63,538 nt of DNA from contig JBAXYY010000001.1 of assembly GCA_041670585.1 (NCBI GenBank), positions 1 to 63,538 on the forward strand, written 5' to 3'. Of the stretch, positions 48,533 through 58,759 are shown piece by piece. The position numbers were made by a program, and so were the translations under genes. Under the pieces are notes generated by a model. That model did not search any database and had not been told where the DNA came from. It saw nothing but the letters and a program-made list of their open reading frames with translations. Each line of letters begins with the position of its first letter. Positions within the stretch are counted from its first letter, which is position 1. This DNA comes from Treponema sp. GTDB taxonomy: Bacteria > Spirochaetota > Spirochaetia > Treponematales > Treponemataceae.

Positions 48533-50200
48533 ATGAAAAAAGGAGTTCTTTATTTAGCCATTACATCATTGCTTTTATTAAGCACAATTGGCTGTAAAGG
48601 AAAAGAAGAAAAAGCTAGTGGTAATTCGTCAGTTGGTTTTGACAATTCAAAGCCTTTGACAATCTCAGTTTTTACAATTCAGCAAAAACAGCAGCCGCCA
48701 GCGGACAACAAAATCTACAAATGGATTAAGGAAAAATACAATGTAGATTTTACATGGGACATTCTAGTTGGCGACAAAGACCAAAAGATTGGCGTTTTAA
48801 TTGCGTCGGGCGACTATCCAGATTTGGTTGAAGTTGACAGCACAAAGTTTCAGGATGCAGGCGCACTTATTCCGCTTGAAGAACTTATTGAAAAATATGG
48901 TCCTAATATTAAAAAACATTACGCTTCTTGCTGGAAGAAAATCACAGAGGACGATGGTCATATTTACTGTCTTCCAAACTGGGGTGTTATTGACGGAAGG
49001 GACCAGAGCACATACTACGGCGATTCAGCTCTTTGGATTCAGAAAGATGTTCTTAAGGAATTTGGATATCCAAAAGTAACTACTATTGACGAATACTTTG
49101 ACATAATTGAAAAATACATGAAAAAATATCCTACAACAGACGGAATGCCAACTATTCCATTTACAATTCTTACTTACGACTGGCATGACTTCTGTCTTAT
49201 CAACCCGCCGAACTTCTGCGCAGGCTACCCTAACGACGGCAACGGAACTGTAGACATGGTTAACGGAAAACTTACTTACCGGGATTTCTTGAATCAGGAC
49301 ATTTCTAAAAAATGGTTCAAAAAACTTTGCGAAATGAACGCCAAAGGGCTTATTGACAAGTCATGCTTTGTTGACAACTACGACCAGTACATTGCAAAAC
49401 TTTCTTCTGGACGTGTTCTTGGTATGCATGATCAAAGATGGCAGTTCAACGACGCAATGAACGCTCTTGATGTTTCAGGAAAGTACAACAAGACAATGGC
49501 TCCACTTCCAATTGTATTTGACAATTCAATCACACCTCGTTACCGCAACAAACCTCTACCAAATATTCGCCGTGGCTTTGGAATTACAACAAAATGCAAG
49601 GATCCTATAAAAGTAATTCAATTCATTAACGCACAGCTTGATGAAGAGACACAAAGAGTGTTCCACTGGGGCATTGAAGGTGAAGATTGGCAGTACAATG
49701 AAAACCACGAGCCTTATAGAACAGAAAAACAAAGAATGGATCAGAAGGATGCAACTTGGATTCTTCGGAACAAGGCAGATCTATGGTATTCAACAGCTCC
49801 AAAAATGGAAGGCTCATTTAGCGACGGCTATGCTTGCGACATGAACTATATTCCTTCAGAGTATTTGGCTTCACAAAAACCAGAAGATGTTGAGCTTTGG
49901 AAAGCATACGGTGTTTCCAGCGACGCAGAGCTTATGGACAAGAATCCGCCAGACAACAGTACATGGTTCCCTATGTGGCAGGAAACTCCACCAGATGGTT
50001 CAGAAGCACAGCTTGCGCTTAACAAATGCCAACAGGCCTATAGAAAATATCTTCCAAAAATCATTATGGGAAAACCTGCTGATTTTGAAGCTAACTGGTC
50101 TGAATATATGAAAGCGCTTGACGATGCTAACATCAACAAGTACAACGAATTTATGCAGAGCAAACTTGACGCGCGCCTTGTAAAATATGGCACAAAATAA
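48533..50200 (+). CDS. Oligosaccharide ABC transporter substrate-binding lipoprotein (LplA-like)
   Basis: Lipobox IGC; LIASGDYPD, DGHIYCLP, WGIEGEDW. Confidence 0.9.
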   Translation: MKKGVLYLAITSLLLLSTIGCKGKEEKASGNSSVGFDNSKPLTISVFTIQQKQQPPADNKIYKWIKEKYNVDFTWDILVGDKDQKIGVLIASGDYPDLVEVDSTKFQDAGALIPLEELIEKYGPNIKKHYASCWKKITEDDGHIYCLPNWGVIDGRDQSTYYGDSALWIQKDVLKEFGYPKVTTIDEYFDIIEKYMKKYPTTDGMPTIPFTILTYDWHDFCLINPPNFCAGYPNDGNGTVDMVNGKLTYRDFLNQDISKKWFKKLCEMNAKGLIDKSCFVDNYDQYIAKLSSGRVLGMHDQRWQFNDAMNALDVSGKYNKTMAPLPIVFDNSITPRYRNKPLPNIRRGFGITTKCKDPIKVIQFINAQLDEETQRVFHWGIEGEDWQYNENHEPYRTEKQRMDQKDATWILRNKADLWYSTAPKMEGSFSDGYACDMNYIPSEYLASQKPEDVELWKAYGVSSDAELMDKNPPDNSTWFPMWQETPPDGSEAQLALNKCQQAYRKYLPKIIMGKPADFEANWSEYMKALDDANINKYNEFMQSKLDARLVKYGTK

Positions 50201-50249
50201 AATTATAATTTAAATATTTTACGGTTGTCAGAGATGACTGCCGTTTTAT

Positions 50250-50283
50250 GGCACCTCTAAAAACTTAAGCTTTTAGAGGTGCC
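50250..50283. repeat. Near-perfect palindromic repeat copy
   Basis: GGCACCTCTAAAAACTTAAGCTTTTAGAGGTGCC. Confidence 0.85.
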
Positions 50284-50314
50284 GTTTATTTAATCAATTT
50301 TTTCAGAGGACAAA

Positions 50315-51283
50315 ATGAAAAATAATCAGCTTAAAAAAGATTCTGAAATTTCCCCTGTCTATATCAATAAGAAAAAAACTTTTTGGCAGCTTCTTTTTAC
50401 ACAAAGGCAACTGGTTCTTATGTCTTTACCTCTTGTTATCTATGTGTTTATTTTTAAGTACGTTCCGTTGTGGGGATGGACAATGGCGTTCCAGGACTAC
50501 AAGCCAGCGAAGTCTTTTTTTGAGCAGCATTGGGTTGGTCTTAAGTGGTTCGCGTTTCTTTTTAAAGACAAGGAGTTTTTGCTTACTCTTCGCAACACTG
50601 TCTGCATGAGCATAATAAGCACAGTACTTGGATATATAACAGCAATTTTAATTGCAGTTTTGCTTAACGAAGTGAAACACATTGCTATAAAAAGATTTAT
50701 TCAAACTGTTTCATATTTGCCGCACTTTCTTTCATGGGTAATTGTAACAGGGCTTGTTTCTACAATGTTTTCTGTTGAAGACGGAACAATCAACAATATC
50801 TTAATGTCTCTTGGTTTGCTAAAGGAGCCTATACTTTGGCTTTCAGAGCCTAATTACTTCTGGTCAATAATTGGATGGACTTATGTTTGGAAGGAAGTTG
50901 GGTGGAACACAATAGTCTATCTTGGAGCTATTACTGCAATAGACCCTTCTTTGTATGAAGCCGCAGAAATTGATGGCGCTGGAAGAATGGGAAAAATATT
51001 TCATGTAACACTTCCGGGCATTAGGTCAACAATAATTATTATGATGATAATGAGCGCAGGACATATTCTTGACGCGAACTTTGAAATGCCTTTCTTCCTG
51101 CAGAACGGAATGATACAGGACGTTGCGCAGACAATAGACTTGTACGTACTTAGATATGGCTTTTCTAGTTTTAACTATGCGCTTGCTACAGCAGCAGGTA
51201 TTTTTAAAAATGTTGTAAACATTGCGCTTCTTTTACTGGCGAACCAAATTGCTAAAAAGAGCGGAGAGGAGCGTCTTATATGA
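50315..51283 (+). CDS. Sugar ABC transporter permease (LplB-like)
   Basis: QTVSYLPHFLSWV, LYEAAEIDGA. Confidence 0.92.
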   Translation: MKNNQLKKDSEISPVYINKKKTFWQLLFTQRQLVLMSLPLVIYVFIFKYVPLWGWTMAFQDYKPAKSFFEQHWVGLKWFAFLFKDKEFLLTLRNTVCMSIISTVLGYITAILIAVLLNEVKHIAIKRFIQTVSYLPHFLSWVIVTGLVSTMFSVEDGTINNILMSLGLLKEPILWLSEPNYFWSIIGWTYVWKEVGWNTIVYLGAITAIDPSLYEAAEIDGAGRMGKIFHVTLPGIRSTIIIMMIMSAGHILDANFEMPFFLQNGMIQDVAQTIDLYVLRYGFSSFNYALATAAGIFKNVVNIALLLLANQIAKKSGEERLI

Positions 51284-52239
51284 CAAAAACATTTTCAATA
51301 AATAAATCAACAAAAGAAGAATATGAAAAGGCAAAAAGAAAAACATTTGCAGAGAATGTAATTTTTAACGTTTTGAATTTTATTATTCTTTCATTTCTTG
51401 TTGTAATAACACTTTATCCATTCTGGAACACCATTGCAATTTCTTTTAACGAAGGTCTTGATTCATTAAGAGGCGGAATTAAATTCTTTCCACGTGTTTT
51501 CACTTGGCAAAACTACAAGGCTGTTTTTGCAACAGGAGCTATTTTTAACGCGTTCAAAGTTTCTGTTGTGCGCACTGTTCTTCAAACTGCGCTTAGTGTT
51601 TTTTTAACATGCATGCTTGCTTACGCTTTGAGCAGAAAAGACTTTGTTCTTAGAAAGCCGCTTACTGCAGTTCTTGTTGTTTCAATGTATGTTAGCGCAG
51701 GCCTAATTCCTGGCTACTTTTTAACGCGTCAGCTTGGGCTTTTAAATAAATTCGCAGTCTATATTGTGCCAAACTTAATTGATGTCTTTAACTTTATTCT
51801 TGTAAGAACTTATATAAATGGATTGCCAGACAGCTTTGTTGAGTCAGCGCGTATTGACGGTGCTGGTGAATTTAGAATTTTTCTACAGATAATAATGCCG
51901 CTTATTGTTCCTACAATCGCTATGATTGCTTTGTTTGTTGCAGTTGGAGCTTGGAACAGCTGGTTTGACACTTACCTTTACGCTTCTGGAAAAGTGAACT
52001 TGCATTCTTTGCAATATGTTCTTATGGAATTTTTGCAGTCCAGCCAGAACCAAAGCAACAGCGCCGCAGATGTTGGAGCATTGGCAATGGCGGGCGCAGG
52101 TTCAGCAAGCGCAATGGTTACCCCTGTAAGCATAAGGACCGCAATTACAGTTGTGGCAACAGTTCCTATTCTTTTAGTTTACCCTTTCATGCAGAAATAT
52201 TTTATTGTTGGTATTTCAATTGGAGGAGTAAAAGAATAA
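51280..52239 (+). CDS. Sugar ABC transporter permease (LplC-like)
   Basis: ESARIDGAGE, WNSWFD, YPFMQKYF...GGVKE. Confidence 0.92.
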   Translation: MTKTFSINKSTKEEYEKAKRKTFAENVIFNVLNFIILSFLVVITLYPFWNTIAISFNEGLDSLRGGIKFFPRVFTWQNYKAVFATGAIFNAFKVSVVRTVLQTALSVFLTCMLAYALSRKDFVLRKPLTAVLVVSMYVSAGLIPGYFLTRQLGLLNKFAVYIVPNLIDVFNFILVRTYINGLPDSFVESARIDGAGEFRIFLQIIMPLIVPTIAMIALFVAVGAWNSWFDTYLYASGKVNLHSLQYVLMEFLQSSQNQSNSAADVGALAMAGAGSASAMVTPVSIRTAITVVATVPILLVYPFMQKYFIVGISIGGVKE

Positions 52240-52245
52240 CCACAC

Positions 52246-52278
52246 AGATCTCTAGAGATTGCTGTTTTTAGAGATTCT
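52246..52278. repeat. Degenerate palindromic repeat copy
   Basis: AGATCTCTAGAGATTGCTGTTTTTAGAGATTCT. Confidence 0.6.
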
Positions 52279-52301
52279 CAAATTATTTACTTCCTGTAGC
52301 T

Positions 52302-52336
52302 TCCCGTATCTTTTATTAAGATGCGGGATTTTTTTT
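52302..52336. terminator. Terminator between convergent operons
   Basis: TCCCGTATCTT...AAGATGCGGGA followed by T-tract. Confidence 0.7.
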
Positions 52337-53243
52337 ATTTCAAAAACGGCCAGCCTTCTTTCCATTGTATTTCTTCTATCTGCAACTTTGACTTTCCTTC
52401 ATCTTCCCTGTCGTAAGCATGGTACACTATAAAAGTTTTTCCATTGTCATCTGTGAATACAGAATTGTGCCCAGGGCCTGCCCATCTTTTATAGCTAAAG
52501 CCGTCGCGTAAAGTTGTTCCACCGCCGTTTTTCATATCAACTCCAAACTGGTCAAAATAAGGCCCGCTTATTTTTTCAGAGCGGCCAACTACAATGTGGT
52601 AAGAGCTTGCCGTTCCCCTGCAGCAAAAGTCATGTGACGCAAAAAGATAAAAGAAATTTTCATGATAAAATATAAAGCCGCCTTCAATTGGTTTAGGCTG
52701 AGTTTGCCTAGAGGCTATATTTAAAATAGCTGAATCTTCTTTTATAAATCCATTTTCATTTAATGGCACAAGCTGCAGACCGCTCCAAAAAGAACCGAAT
52801 AAAAGGAAGTCATCTCCTTGCTCGTTTGCGCAAACCGCCGCGTCAATTGCGTTGTAATTTCTTGTTGGAGTTGAATCTATAACAATGCCTAAATCTTGCC
52901 ACTTGTATTCCTTTGACGAATGGTCCAAGGTTTTATTTTGCGCAAGTCCAATTGCAGACCTGTTGTTGCCGAATGTAGAAACAGAATAATAAATTCTCCA
53001 CATGCCGTTTCTTTTAACCACTTCAGGAGCCCAGAAATCAAGCTTTCTACATTTTGGAACTTTGTCCTTTATCCATTTTGGGCTTATTGAAAAAACACTT
53101 CTTCCTGTAAAAGACCATGAATGCAAGTCTTTTGAAGTGCATATAGGAATGCCAAAGCCTGTGCAGAATTTATAGTAAGTGTCTTTTTCCTTAACAATTG
53201 TTGGGTCATGCGCAAATGTGAATCCGCTTAATTCTAATAACAT
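52335..53243 (-). CDS. GH43 endo-1,5-alpha-L-arabinanase-like, cytoplasmic
   Basis: HDP, WAPE, NAID, FGSFWSG, IEG, CCRG, GPGHNS; no signal peptide. Confidence 0.9.
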   Translation of the reverse strand: MLLELSGFTFAHDPTIVKEKDTYYKFCTGFGIPICTSKDLHSWSFTGRSVFSISPKWIKDKVPKCRKLDFWAPEVVKRNGMWRIYYSVSTFGNNRSAIGLAQNKTLDHSSKEYKWQDLGIVIDSTPTRNYNAIDAAVCANEQGDDFLLFGSFWSGLQLVPLNENGFIKEDSAILNIASRQTQPKPIEGGFIFYHENFFYLFASHDFCCRGTASSYHIVVGRSEKISGPYFDQFGVDMKNGGGTTLRDGFSYKRWAGPGHNSVFTDDNGKTFIVYHAYDREDEGKSKLQIEEIQWKEGWPFLK

Positions 53244-53335
53244 TTTAACTACCTTTTATAAAACGATAATCACTATAAAAAAAATGGACTGCACTTGCTT
53301 AGAATGCAATCCATAAAAATTAGTAGATATTTTTT

Positions 53336-54214
53336 TTATTTCAAACCTGTCATTGCAACAGAAGCAATAATCTGCTTTTGGAAAATCATGAAGATAATCA
53401 ATACAGGCAGCATAGCTAACACTGAAGCTGTAAGAAGCAACGGGTAGTCAGTTTGAATTGCGTACATTGCGTTCAACTGGCTGATCATAACTTGAATTGT
53501 AAGCTTGTTAGGATCGTTCAAATAAATACTTGGTGCAAAGTAGTCGTTCCAAGCGCCCATGAACCAAAGAATTGCCTGTGCCGCAATAGCAGGCTTTGCG
53601 TTAGGAAGAATAATTGACCAGTAAATCTTAAAGTAGCCGGCACCGTCTATACGCGCAGATTCAATCATAGAGGTAGGAAGGCCTGACATGTATTGCTTTA
53701 AGAAAAATATCATTGAAACATTGCCCAGCATTCCTGGAATAATCAAAGGCGCCCATGTGTTAAGCCAGCCGATTCTTGCATAGATAATGAACTGTGGAAT
53801 CATGATGATAGAAAAAGGAATCATCATTGTGGCAAGTTCCGCCAAGAAGAACTTCTGTTTTCCAGGAAAGCGCAACTTGGCGTAGGCAAAAGCCGCAAGA
53901 GAAGAAACAAATGTTCCAACAATAATTGTGCTGAACGAAATGATTATAGAGTTTAAAATACCTCGCTGTAGTTTTGGATCCATTTCCCAAACACGTTTTG
54001 TGTAGTTTCCCCACTGAGGATTGCTTGGCATTTTTAAAGAAAGCTGTGTTGTTAAAAACTGCCCAGGAGTTTTAAGAGAAGAGAAGAACATCCATATAAG
54101 AGGAATGACCATTATCAAAGCGCCTAAAGTTAGAAAAAGATATATAAAAAAGTTACCTAAAGTCTTGTTTCTTTTTTGGGAGCCATATCTTGCTAATTCA
54201 TTTGCATTACTCAT
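53336..54214 (-). CDS. Carbohydrate ABC transporter permease
   Basis: ESARIDGAG, WNDYF; ATG 54214 after AAGGAG. Confidence 0.9.
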   Translation of the reverse strand: MSNANELARYGSQKRNKTLGNFFIYLFLTLGALIMVIPLIWMFFSSLKTPGQFLTTQLSLKMPSNPQWGNYTKRVWEMDPKLQRGILNSIIISFSTIIVGTFVSSLAAFAYAKLRFPGKQKFFLAELATMMIPFSIIMIPQFIIYARIGWLNTWAPLIIPGMLGNVSMIFFLKQYMSGLPTSMIESARIDGAGYFKIYWSIILPNAKPAIAAQAILWFMGAWNDYFAPSIYLNDPNKLTIQVMISQLNAMYAIQTDYPLLLTASVLAMLPVLIIFMIFQKQIIASVAMTGLK

Positions 54215-54224
54215 TTTATACTCC

Positions 54225-55172
54225 TTACTCAAGATAGTTGTCGCTAGAAGGACTTATTTTGAACTGAATTGCAGTTACAACAAAGATAATAATTGCAAGA
54301 ACCCATGCCGCAGCGCAAGCGTAACCCTTTGCGTCAGCAGAGCCAAAAGCCTTTTGCCAAATGTAGAACACTATTGTTGCAGAACTGTAGTCCGGTCCGC
54401 CTGAAGGTGTCATTATCTGAGGCTCTACAATCATCTGCGCTCCACCAATAATTCCAGTGATTATAATGAAGAAAGAAATTGGCTGCATTAAAGGCCATGT
54501 TATTTTTCTAAAAATTGTCCAGCCATTTGCGCCGTCAATAACAGCCGCTTCGTAGTATGACTGTGGAAGATTCTGCAGTCCGCCCAAGTAGAGCAGCGCT
54601 GTGTTGCCAACTCCACGCCACACGCACATAATCATAATGGCAGGTTTTACAGTGTAAGCATTGTCAAGCCAGTTTGGACCTTTTACTCCAAAAGCCCATT
54701 CTATGAACTGATTTAAAAGACCGTAGTCTCCGTTGTAGAGCCATTTCCACAAAAGCGAAACTGCAACTATTGAAGAGACTACAGGAATATAATAAATAAC
54801 GCGATAAACTTTAACGCCAGGTAATTTCTTGTTAAATGAAAGGGCAAGACCAAAAGCCCAAACCATGCCGATTGGAATACCAATCATATAAATCAAAGTG
54901 TTCCACAAAGAGCGCCAAAAATCTCCGTCGGAAAACAGCTCTTTGTAATTGTCAAATCCAATGTAAAAAAACTCGCGGTCAATTTCATCCATCTTGAACA
55001 GACCGGTTAAATCTGTCATTGAGTCCCAGCTTGTGAAACTTGCAAATATTGAAAAAAGAAACGGACCTGCAGTGAAAAGTAAAAATCCAATTATTGGAGG
55101 AAGAATAAAAAGCAAGCCAGCTTTTGCTTCATCGTCCAATTTTCTCTTTTTATTTATAATTTTATTTTTCAT
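54225..55172 (-). CDS. Carbohydrate ABC transporter permease
   Basis: YYIPVVSS, YEAAVIDGA, ITWPL. Confidence 0.92.
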   Translation of the reverse strand: MKNKIINKKRKLDDEAKAGLLFILPPIIGFLLFTAGPFLFSIFASFTSWDSMTDLTGLFKMDEIDREFFYIGFDNYKELFSDGDFWRSLWNTLIYMIGIPIGMVWAFGLALSFNKKLPGVKVYRVIYYIPVVSSIVAVSLLWKWLYNGDYGLLNQFIEWAFGVKGPNWLDNAYTVKPAIMIMCVWRGVGNTALLYLGGLQNLPQSYYEAAVIDGANGWTIFRKITWPLMQPISFFIIITGIIGGAQMIVEPQIMTPSGGPDYSSATIVFYIWQKAFGSADAKGYACAAAWVLAIIIFVVTAIQFKISPSSDNYLE

Positions 55173-55191
55173 AAAAAGCTCCTGTCAAACG

Positions 55192-55217
55192 AAGGGGCCG
55201 TTTTAAAGCAGCCCCTT
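55192..55217 (-). terminator. Intercistronic hairpin after SBP gene
   Basis: AAGGGGCCG...CAGCCCCTT. Confidence 0.45.
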
Positions 55218-55239
55218 ATTTTATTTGTTACAACTAATT

Positions 55240-56580
55240 TTATCTTGCTGAGTTCTTACGTGCTTTAAGAAGAGCTTTATCCAAATCACGCTGCATCTTA
55301 GGCTGAACTTTTTCGCAATAATCTTTTGCAGACATTTTGCCATCAAGAACTTTTTGAATTCCAATATAGAAGTCATCGTACCAGACGCTGTTGTAAGTGT
55401 AGTCTGCAGGCCATGCGCGTCCTGTCTTCTGAATAATATTAATATACTCCTGACGGTTAGCAGGATTGCCAGGCTTGCTTGTGTAGCGGGAAGCAAGAGA
55501 CTTCAAGTTAGGAATTTGCAAATCTTGGTCAGAATACATTGTGTTTGCTTCTTTATCAGCAGAAAGGTAAAGTGCAAGTTCAGCGGCTTCTTTAGGAATC
55601 TTTGTGTTTGCAGCAACGGCATACCCTACACCGCCACGGTATGTTGCAGTCTGGTTTGCAGAAGTGTGTACTGGCCATGGAATTAAGTCATAGTCAAAGT
55701 TAAGAACTTCCGGGTCGTTGAATTTAGCCAAGTCCCAAGGGCCAGCTGGGAAGAATCCAAGCTCGCCTTTAATCCACCTTTGGTAAGTGTCTAGCGACTG
55801 TGCCTGCGTTGAAGTTGGTGTTACAGGATTGAACTTGTAGCCGTCAACTGTTCCGCCTAAAGTCATGTCTGCCCAGAACTGAAGCGCCTCTACAAATTTT
55901 GGATCTGTAATTGCAACCTTTGTTTTTGAAGAGTCAATAAAGTCGGCTCCATTTCCCCAAACAAATTGTATGAACGCCCAGTGGACATTCAAGCCTGTGC
56001 CAAAAGTGTCATTCTGTCCGTTATGATTTGTGTCCTGCGTAAGCTTTTCACAAACCTGAATAAATTCCTTCCATGTGTAAGGCTTGTCTTTGCTAGGAAG
56101 AGGAATGCCATATTTTTGGAAAAGAGATTTGTTATACGCAAGAGCAAAAGGTCCAAAGTCCTTAGGCAATGCCCAAATTGAATCACCCTTGCCCAATAGC
56201 TTTCCGTCATAACGGTAGCAGTCAACCGCGCTTTCATACAAATCATTAAAATCAACGCCCTTTACATTCTTAACATAGGGAGCAAGGTCTAGAACTTTGC
56301 CGTTGTCAACGTACTGACGAACAGCGCCCGGTCCTAAATAAAAAACATCAGGAAGAGCATTAGCAGCAAGCTGAGCCTGAATTTTCGCATCATATTCATC
56401 TTGTGTTGATGAAATCATTTTTACAGTTGTGCCTTTATGAGTTTTCTCAAACCTAGCGACAACCTGATCAAGAATAGCCTTCTCCTGTGGCTGAGCATAA
56501 ATCATCAGTGTAATTTCCTCACTGAAAGCCGCCGCAGAGAACAAAAGACATGCTAGTAAAGCAGTTATAGTCTTTTTCAT
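55240..56580 (-). CDS. Sugar ABC transporter substrate-binding protein
   Basis: Signal peptide MKKTITALLACLLFSAAAFS after GGAGG; PDVF, YNKSLF, GPW. Confidence 0.9.
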   Translation of the reverse strand: MKKTITALLACLLFSAAAFSEEITLMIYAQPQEKAILDQVVARFEKTHKGTTVKMISSTQDEYDAKIQAQLAANALPDVFYLGPGAVRQYVDNGKVLDLAPYVKNVKGVDFNDLYESAVDCYRYDGKLLGKGDSIWALPKDFGPFALAYNKSLFQKYGIPLPSKDKPYTWKEFIQVCEKLTQDTNHNGQNDTFGTGLNVHWAFIQFVWGNGADFIDSSKTKVAITDPKFVEALQFWADMTLGGTVDGYKFNPVTPTSTQAQSLDTYQRWIKGELGFFPAGPWDLAKFNDPEVLNFDYDLIPWPVHTSANQTATYRGGVGYAVAANTKIPKEAAELALYLSADKEANTMYSDQDLQIPNLKSLASRYTSKPGNPANRQEYINIIQKTGRAWPADYTYNSVWYDDFYIGIQKVLDGKMSAKDYCEKVQPKMQRDLDKALLKARKNSAR

Positions 56581-56620
56581 GCAAGTACCTCCTTCTAAGT
56601 ACATTTCTTTAATTGTTTTT

Positions 56621-56649
56621 ATTGTAAACCCACTTTTTCTATCTGTCAA
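56621..56649 (-). promoter_or_regulatory. Sigma70 promoter of second ABC operon
   Basis: TTGACA-N17-TACAAT on the minus strand. Confidence 0.75.
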
Positions 56650-56751
56650 CTTATTTTGATATAAATCTTCTTTTTATGTTATTTATCATAAAATACACGT
56701 GTTTTTTATAATAAACAGTATTTATTTGCAAAACTGTATCAATTATTACAG

Positions 56752-58554
56752 TTACTTATTGTTAATTATCTTGTTTCCCCAGAAGTATTCGCCTGTTTTT
56801 TCACCGTCAAATGTTGTAAAGGTGACTGTTTTTCTTGCTGCAGGTGTTTTCAAAGCCCAGTCAACTGCTTTTAATACATATCCGTTGAATGTTCCAATTG
56901 ACTTTCCCTTTGCTGTTTTCAAATCAACTTTTATTGAATAGCCGTCGCTAGCTAAAGTCCAAGCGCCGCTGTAGTTTTTGCCGCCAACAGTGCCGTCTTT
57001 ATTTAAAAGAAGCTCTTTTGAGTCAGTGGGAACTGCGTCTTCGTAATGAACTTCTGCAGGCATTGTAGCGCCGTAAGGTGTGTAGTTTTTTACAGTGTTT
57101 CCTCTTACTGTAAGAATTGCATTGTAAGCGCCGGCAACATCTTCTGCTGTCAATGGAGCAAGTTCTTCCTTGAAGTTTTCATCAGCGTAGTATTCGTTGT
57201 GGTTCAAAACAGGCCAGCCTTCTTTTGTAAAGAACATCTGCCTTACTTCCAAAAAGAAGAAGTATCCTGGTAAAAAAGAAGTGCGTGAATGGCATGCAAA
57301 AACAACTTTACCGTCTTTTGTGCGAAGGATGCTTTCTCCGCCCGGACACCTCCAGCCGTAGTCGCCCTTTAGCTGTTCGCCGCCCATTATCTTGCTGCCA
57401 ATTTCGTGGTAGTCGCTTGCAACCATTGGCTCAAGCTTCATGTTTCTTCCAGAGCCGTCCAAATAAGGGCCGTAAACTTCTTTTGAGCGTCCCACTCCCA
57501 CTCTGTACTCGTTGTCAAGATTGCCCATTGAAACAAAAACATAGTACCAGCCGTTTTCTGAATTGTAGATAAGCTGGGCACCTTCGTAAGCCGCGCCAAA
57601 CCCTCCCGCAACTAATTTTCCAAAAGCGCCAGACTCTGAATCTGCGGGTGCGTCCATTTCTTTTCCTTCTGAATTGACAGGCTTTAATGAAACTTTATCA
57701 ACATACATAAGTGCAATGCCGCCCTTCCAAGAGCCGTATGTTATTCCATAGCATTTTCTGCCGGAAACTGTGAACTCGACATTTTTTCCTGTTGAAACAT
57801 CAATTACAAATTCTGGGTCTATGCAGCCAAAGCCGTAAGACATGCTGTTTATGTCAGCGTCCATTTCGTTGTAAGTGTCGTATGTTCCTGTGTTGTTCAT
57901 AGGAAATTCAGTAATGCTTTCGTCAGCGTCAAAGTCAAAGCTTCTGTCGTAATATCCGTAGCGGACAAGCATTGACTGTGTGTAAGTTATGTTTAGACTT
58001 TCCAGCACTGATTTTATTTTTTCATCTTTTGAGACAGCGGTTGCAGCCGGGTAGAAAGGCCCTGTTGCAGATGAGGAAATTGCCATTGTTATTGCAGCGT
58101 CAGGGTAGCCTGGGCTTCTTGAGTCTGTGATTATTCCGTGGAACATGTAGTAGAGGCCGTTCTGCTTAAATACAGTTGGCGCCCATGTTGAAGCGTTTGA
58201 CATGTTGAAGTTCACCCATTTAAGCCAGCTCTTGTCCCATTTATGCTGAATTGCTGACTGAGCAAGGCTTGTCCAGTGAACTAAGTCAGTGGAGCTTCTT
58301 ATTTGCACACCCTTCTGCCCTGCTCCTCCAACAGCCGCATCTGTGGAATAGACATAGTAAGTGCCGTCGTCATCTTGGAAGATTTTTGGGTCGTGGCAGT
58401 TAATTGCGCCCCAGTCAGATTGCGCGCCGCTTTGAGCATTTGCGTATTTTGTGTACACGTATTTGTCAACATCGCGTTTTGCGGCATATAAAAAAGTGCA
58501 TGATAAAATTGCAGCTGATGATATTGCAAATAGTTTTCTAATGAATTTCTGCAT
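56752..58554 (-). CDS. GH43 arabinanase-like hydrolase with C-terminal beta domain, exported
   Basis: Signal peptide; CHDP, WAP, CIDP, YGSW, YEG catalytic motifs. Confidence 0.88.
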   Translation of the reverse strand: MQKFIRKLFAISSAAILSCTFLYAAKRDVDKYVYTKYANAQSGAQSDWGAINCHDPKIFQDDDGTYYVYSTDAAVGGAGQKGVQIRSSTDLVHWTSLAQSAIQHKWDKSWLKWVNFNMSNASTWAPTVFKQNGLYYMFHGIITDSRSPGYPDAAITMAISSSATGPFYPAATAVSKDEKIKSVLESLNITYTQSMLVRYGYYDRSFDFDADESITEFPMNNTGTYDTYNEMDADINSMSYGFGCIDPEFVIDVSTGKNVEFTVSGRKCYGITYGSWKGGIALMYVDKVSLKPVNSEGKEMDAPADSESGAFGKLVAGGFGAAYEGAQLIYNSENGWYYVFVSMGNLDNEYRVGVGRSKEVYGPYLDGSGRNMKLEPMVASDYHEIGSKIMGGEQLKGDYGWRCPGGESILRTKDGKVVFACHSRTSFLPGYFFFLEVRQMFFTKEGWPVLNHNEYYADENFKEELAPLTAEDVAGAYNAILTVRGNTVKNYTPYGATMPAEVHYEDAVPTDSKELLLNKDGTVGGKNYSGAWTLASDGYSIKVDLKTAKGKSIGTFNGYVLKAVDWALKTPAARKTVTFTTFDGEKTGEYFWGNKIINNK

Positions 58555-58759
58555 AGAAGTTACCTCTATAATTCTTGATATGTTATTATGTTTCTTGATA
58601 TACTATAACATAGTTTATACAGGAAAGATAGTAAATTCTTACAAAAAATGTCTATTTACATAAATAAAGTGAATTTAATACGACAATGTAACATCATGAA
58701 GTGCACGTTGTTTATTATTCAAAATTGATATATAACATATTTATCAGAAGAGGCCTTTT

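Noticed and set aside
6410-52278. Palindromic ~35-bp repeats as CRISPR repeats or integron attC sites
   Set aside because: Dispersed singly between housekeeping genes; no spacer array, cas genes, integrase or RYYYAAC/GTTRRRY cores
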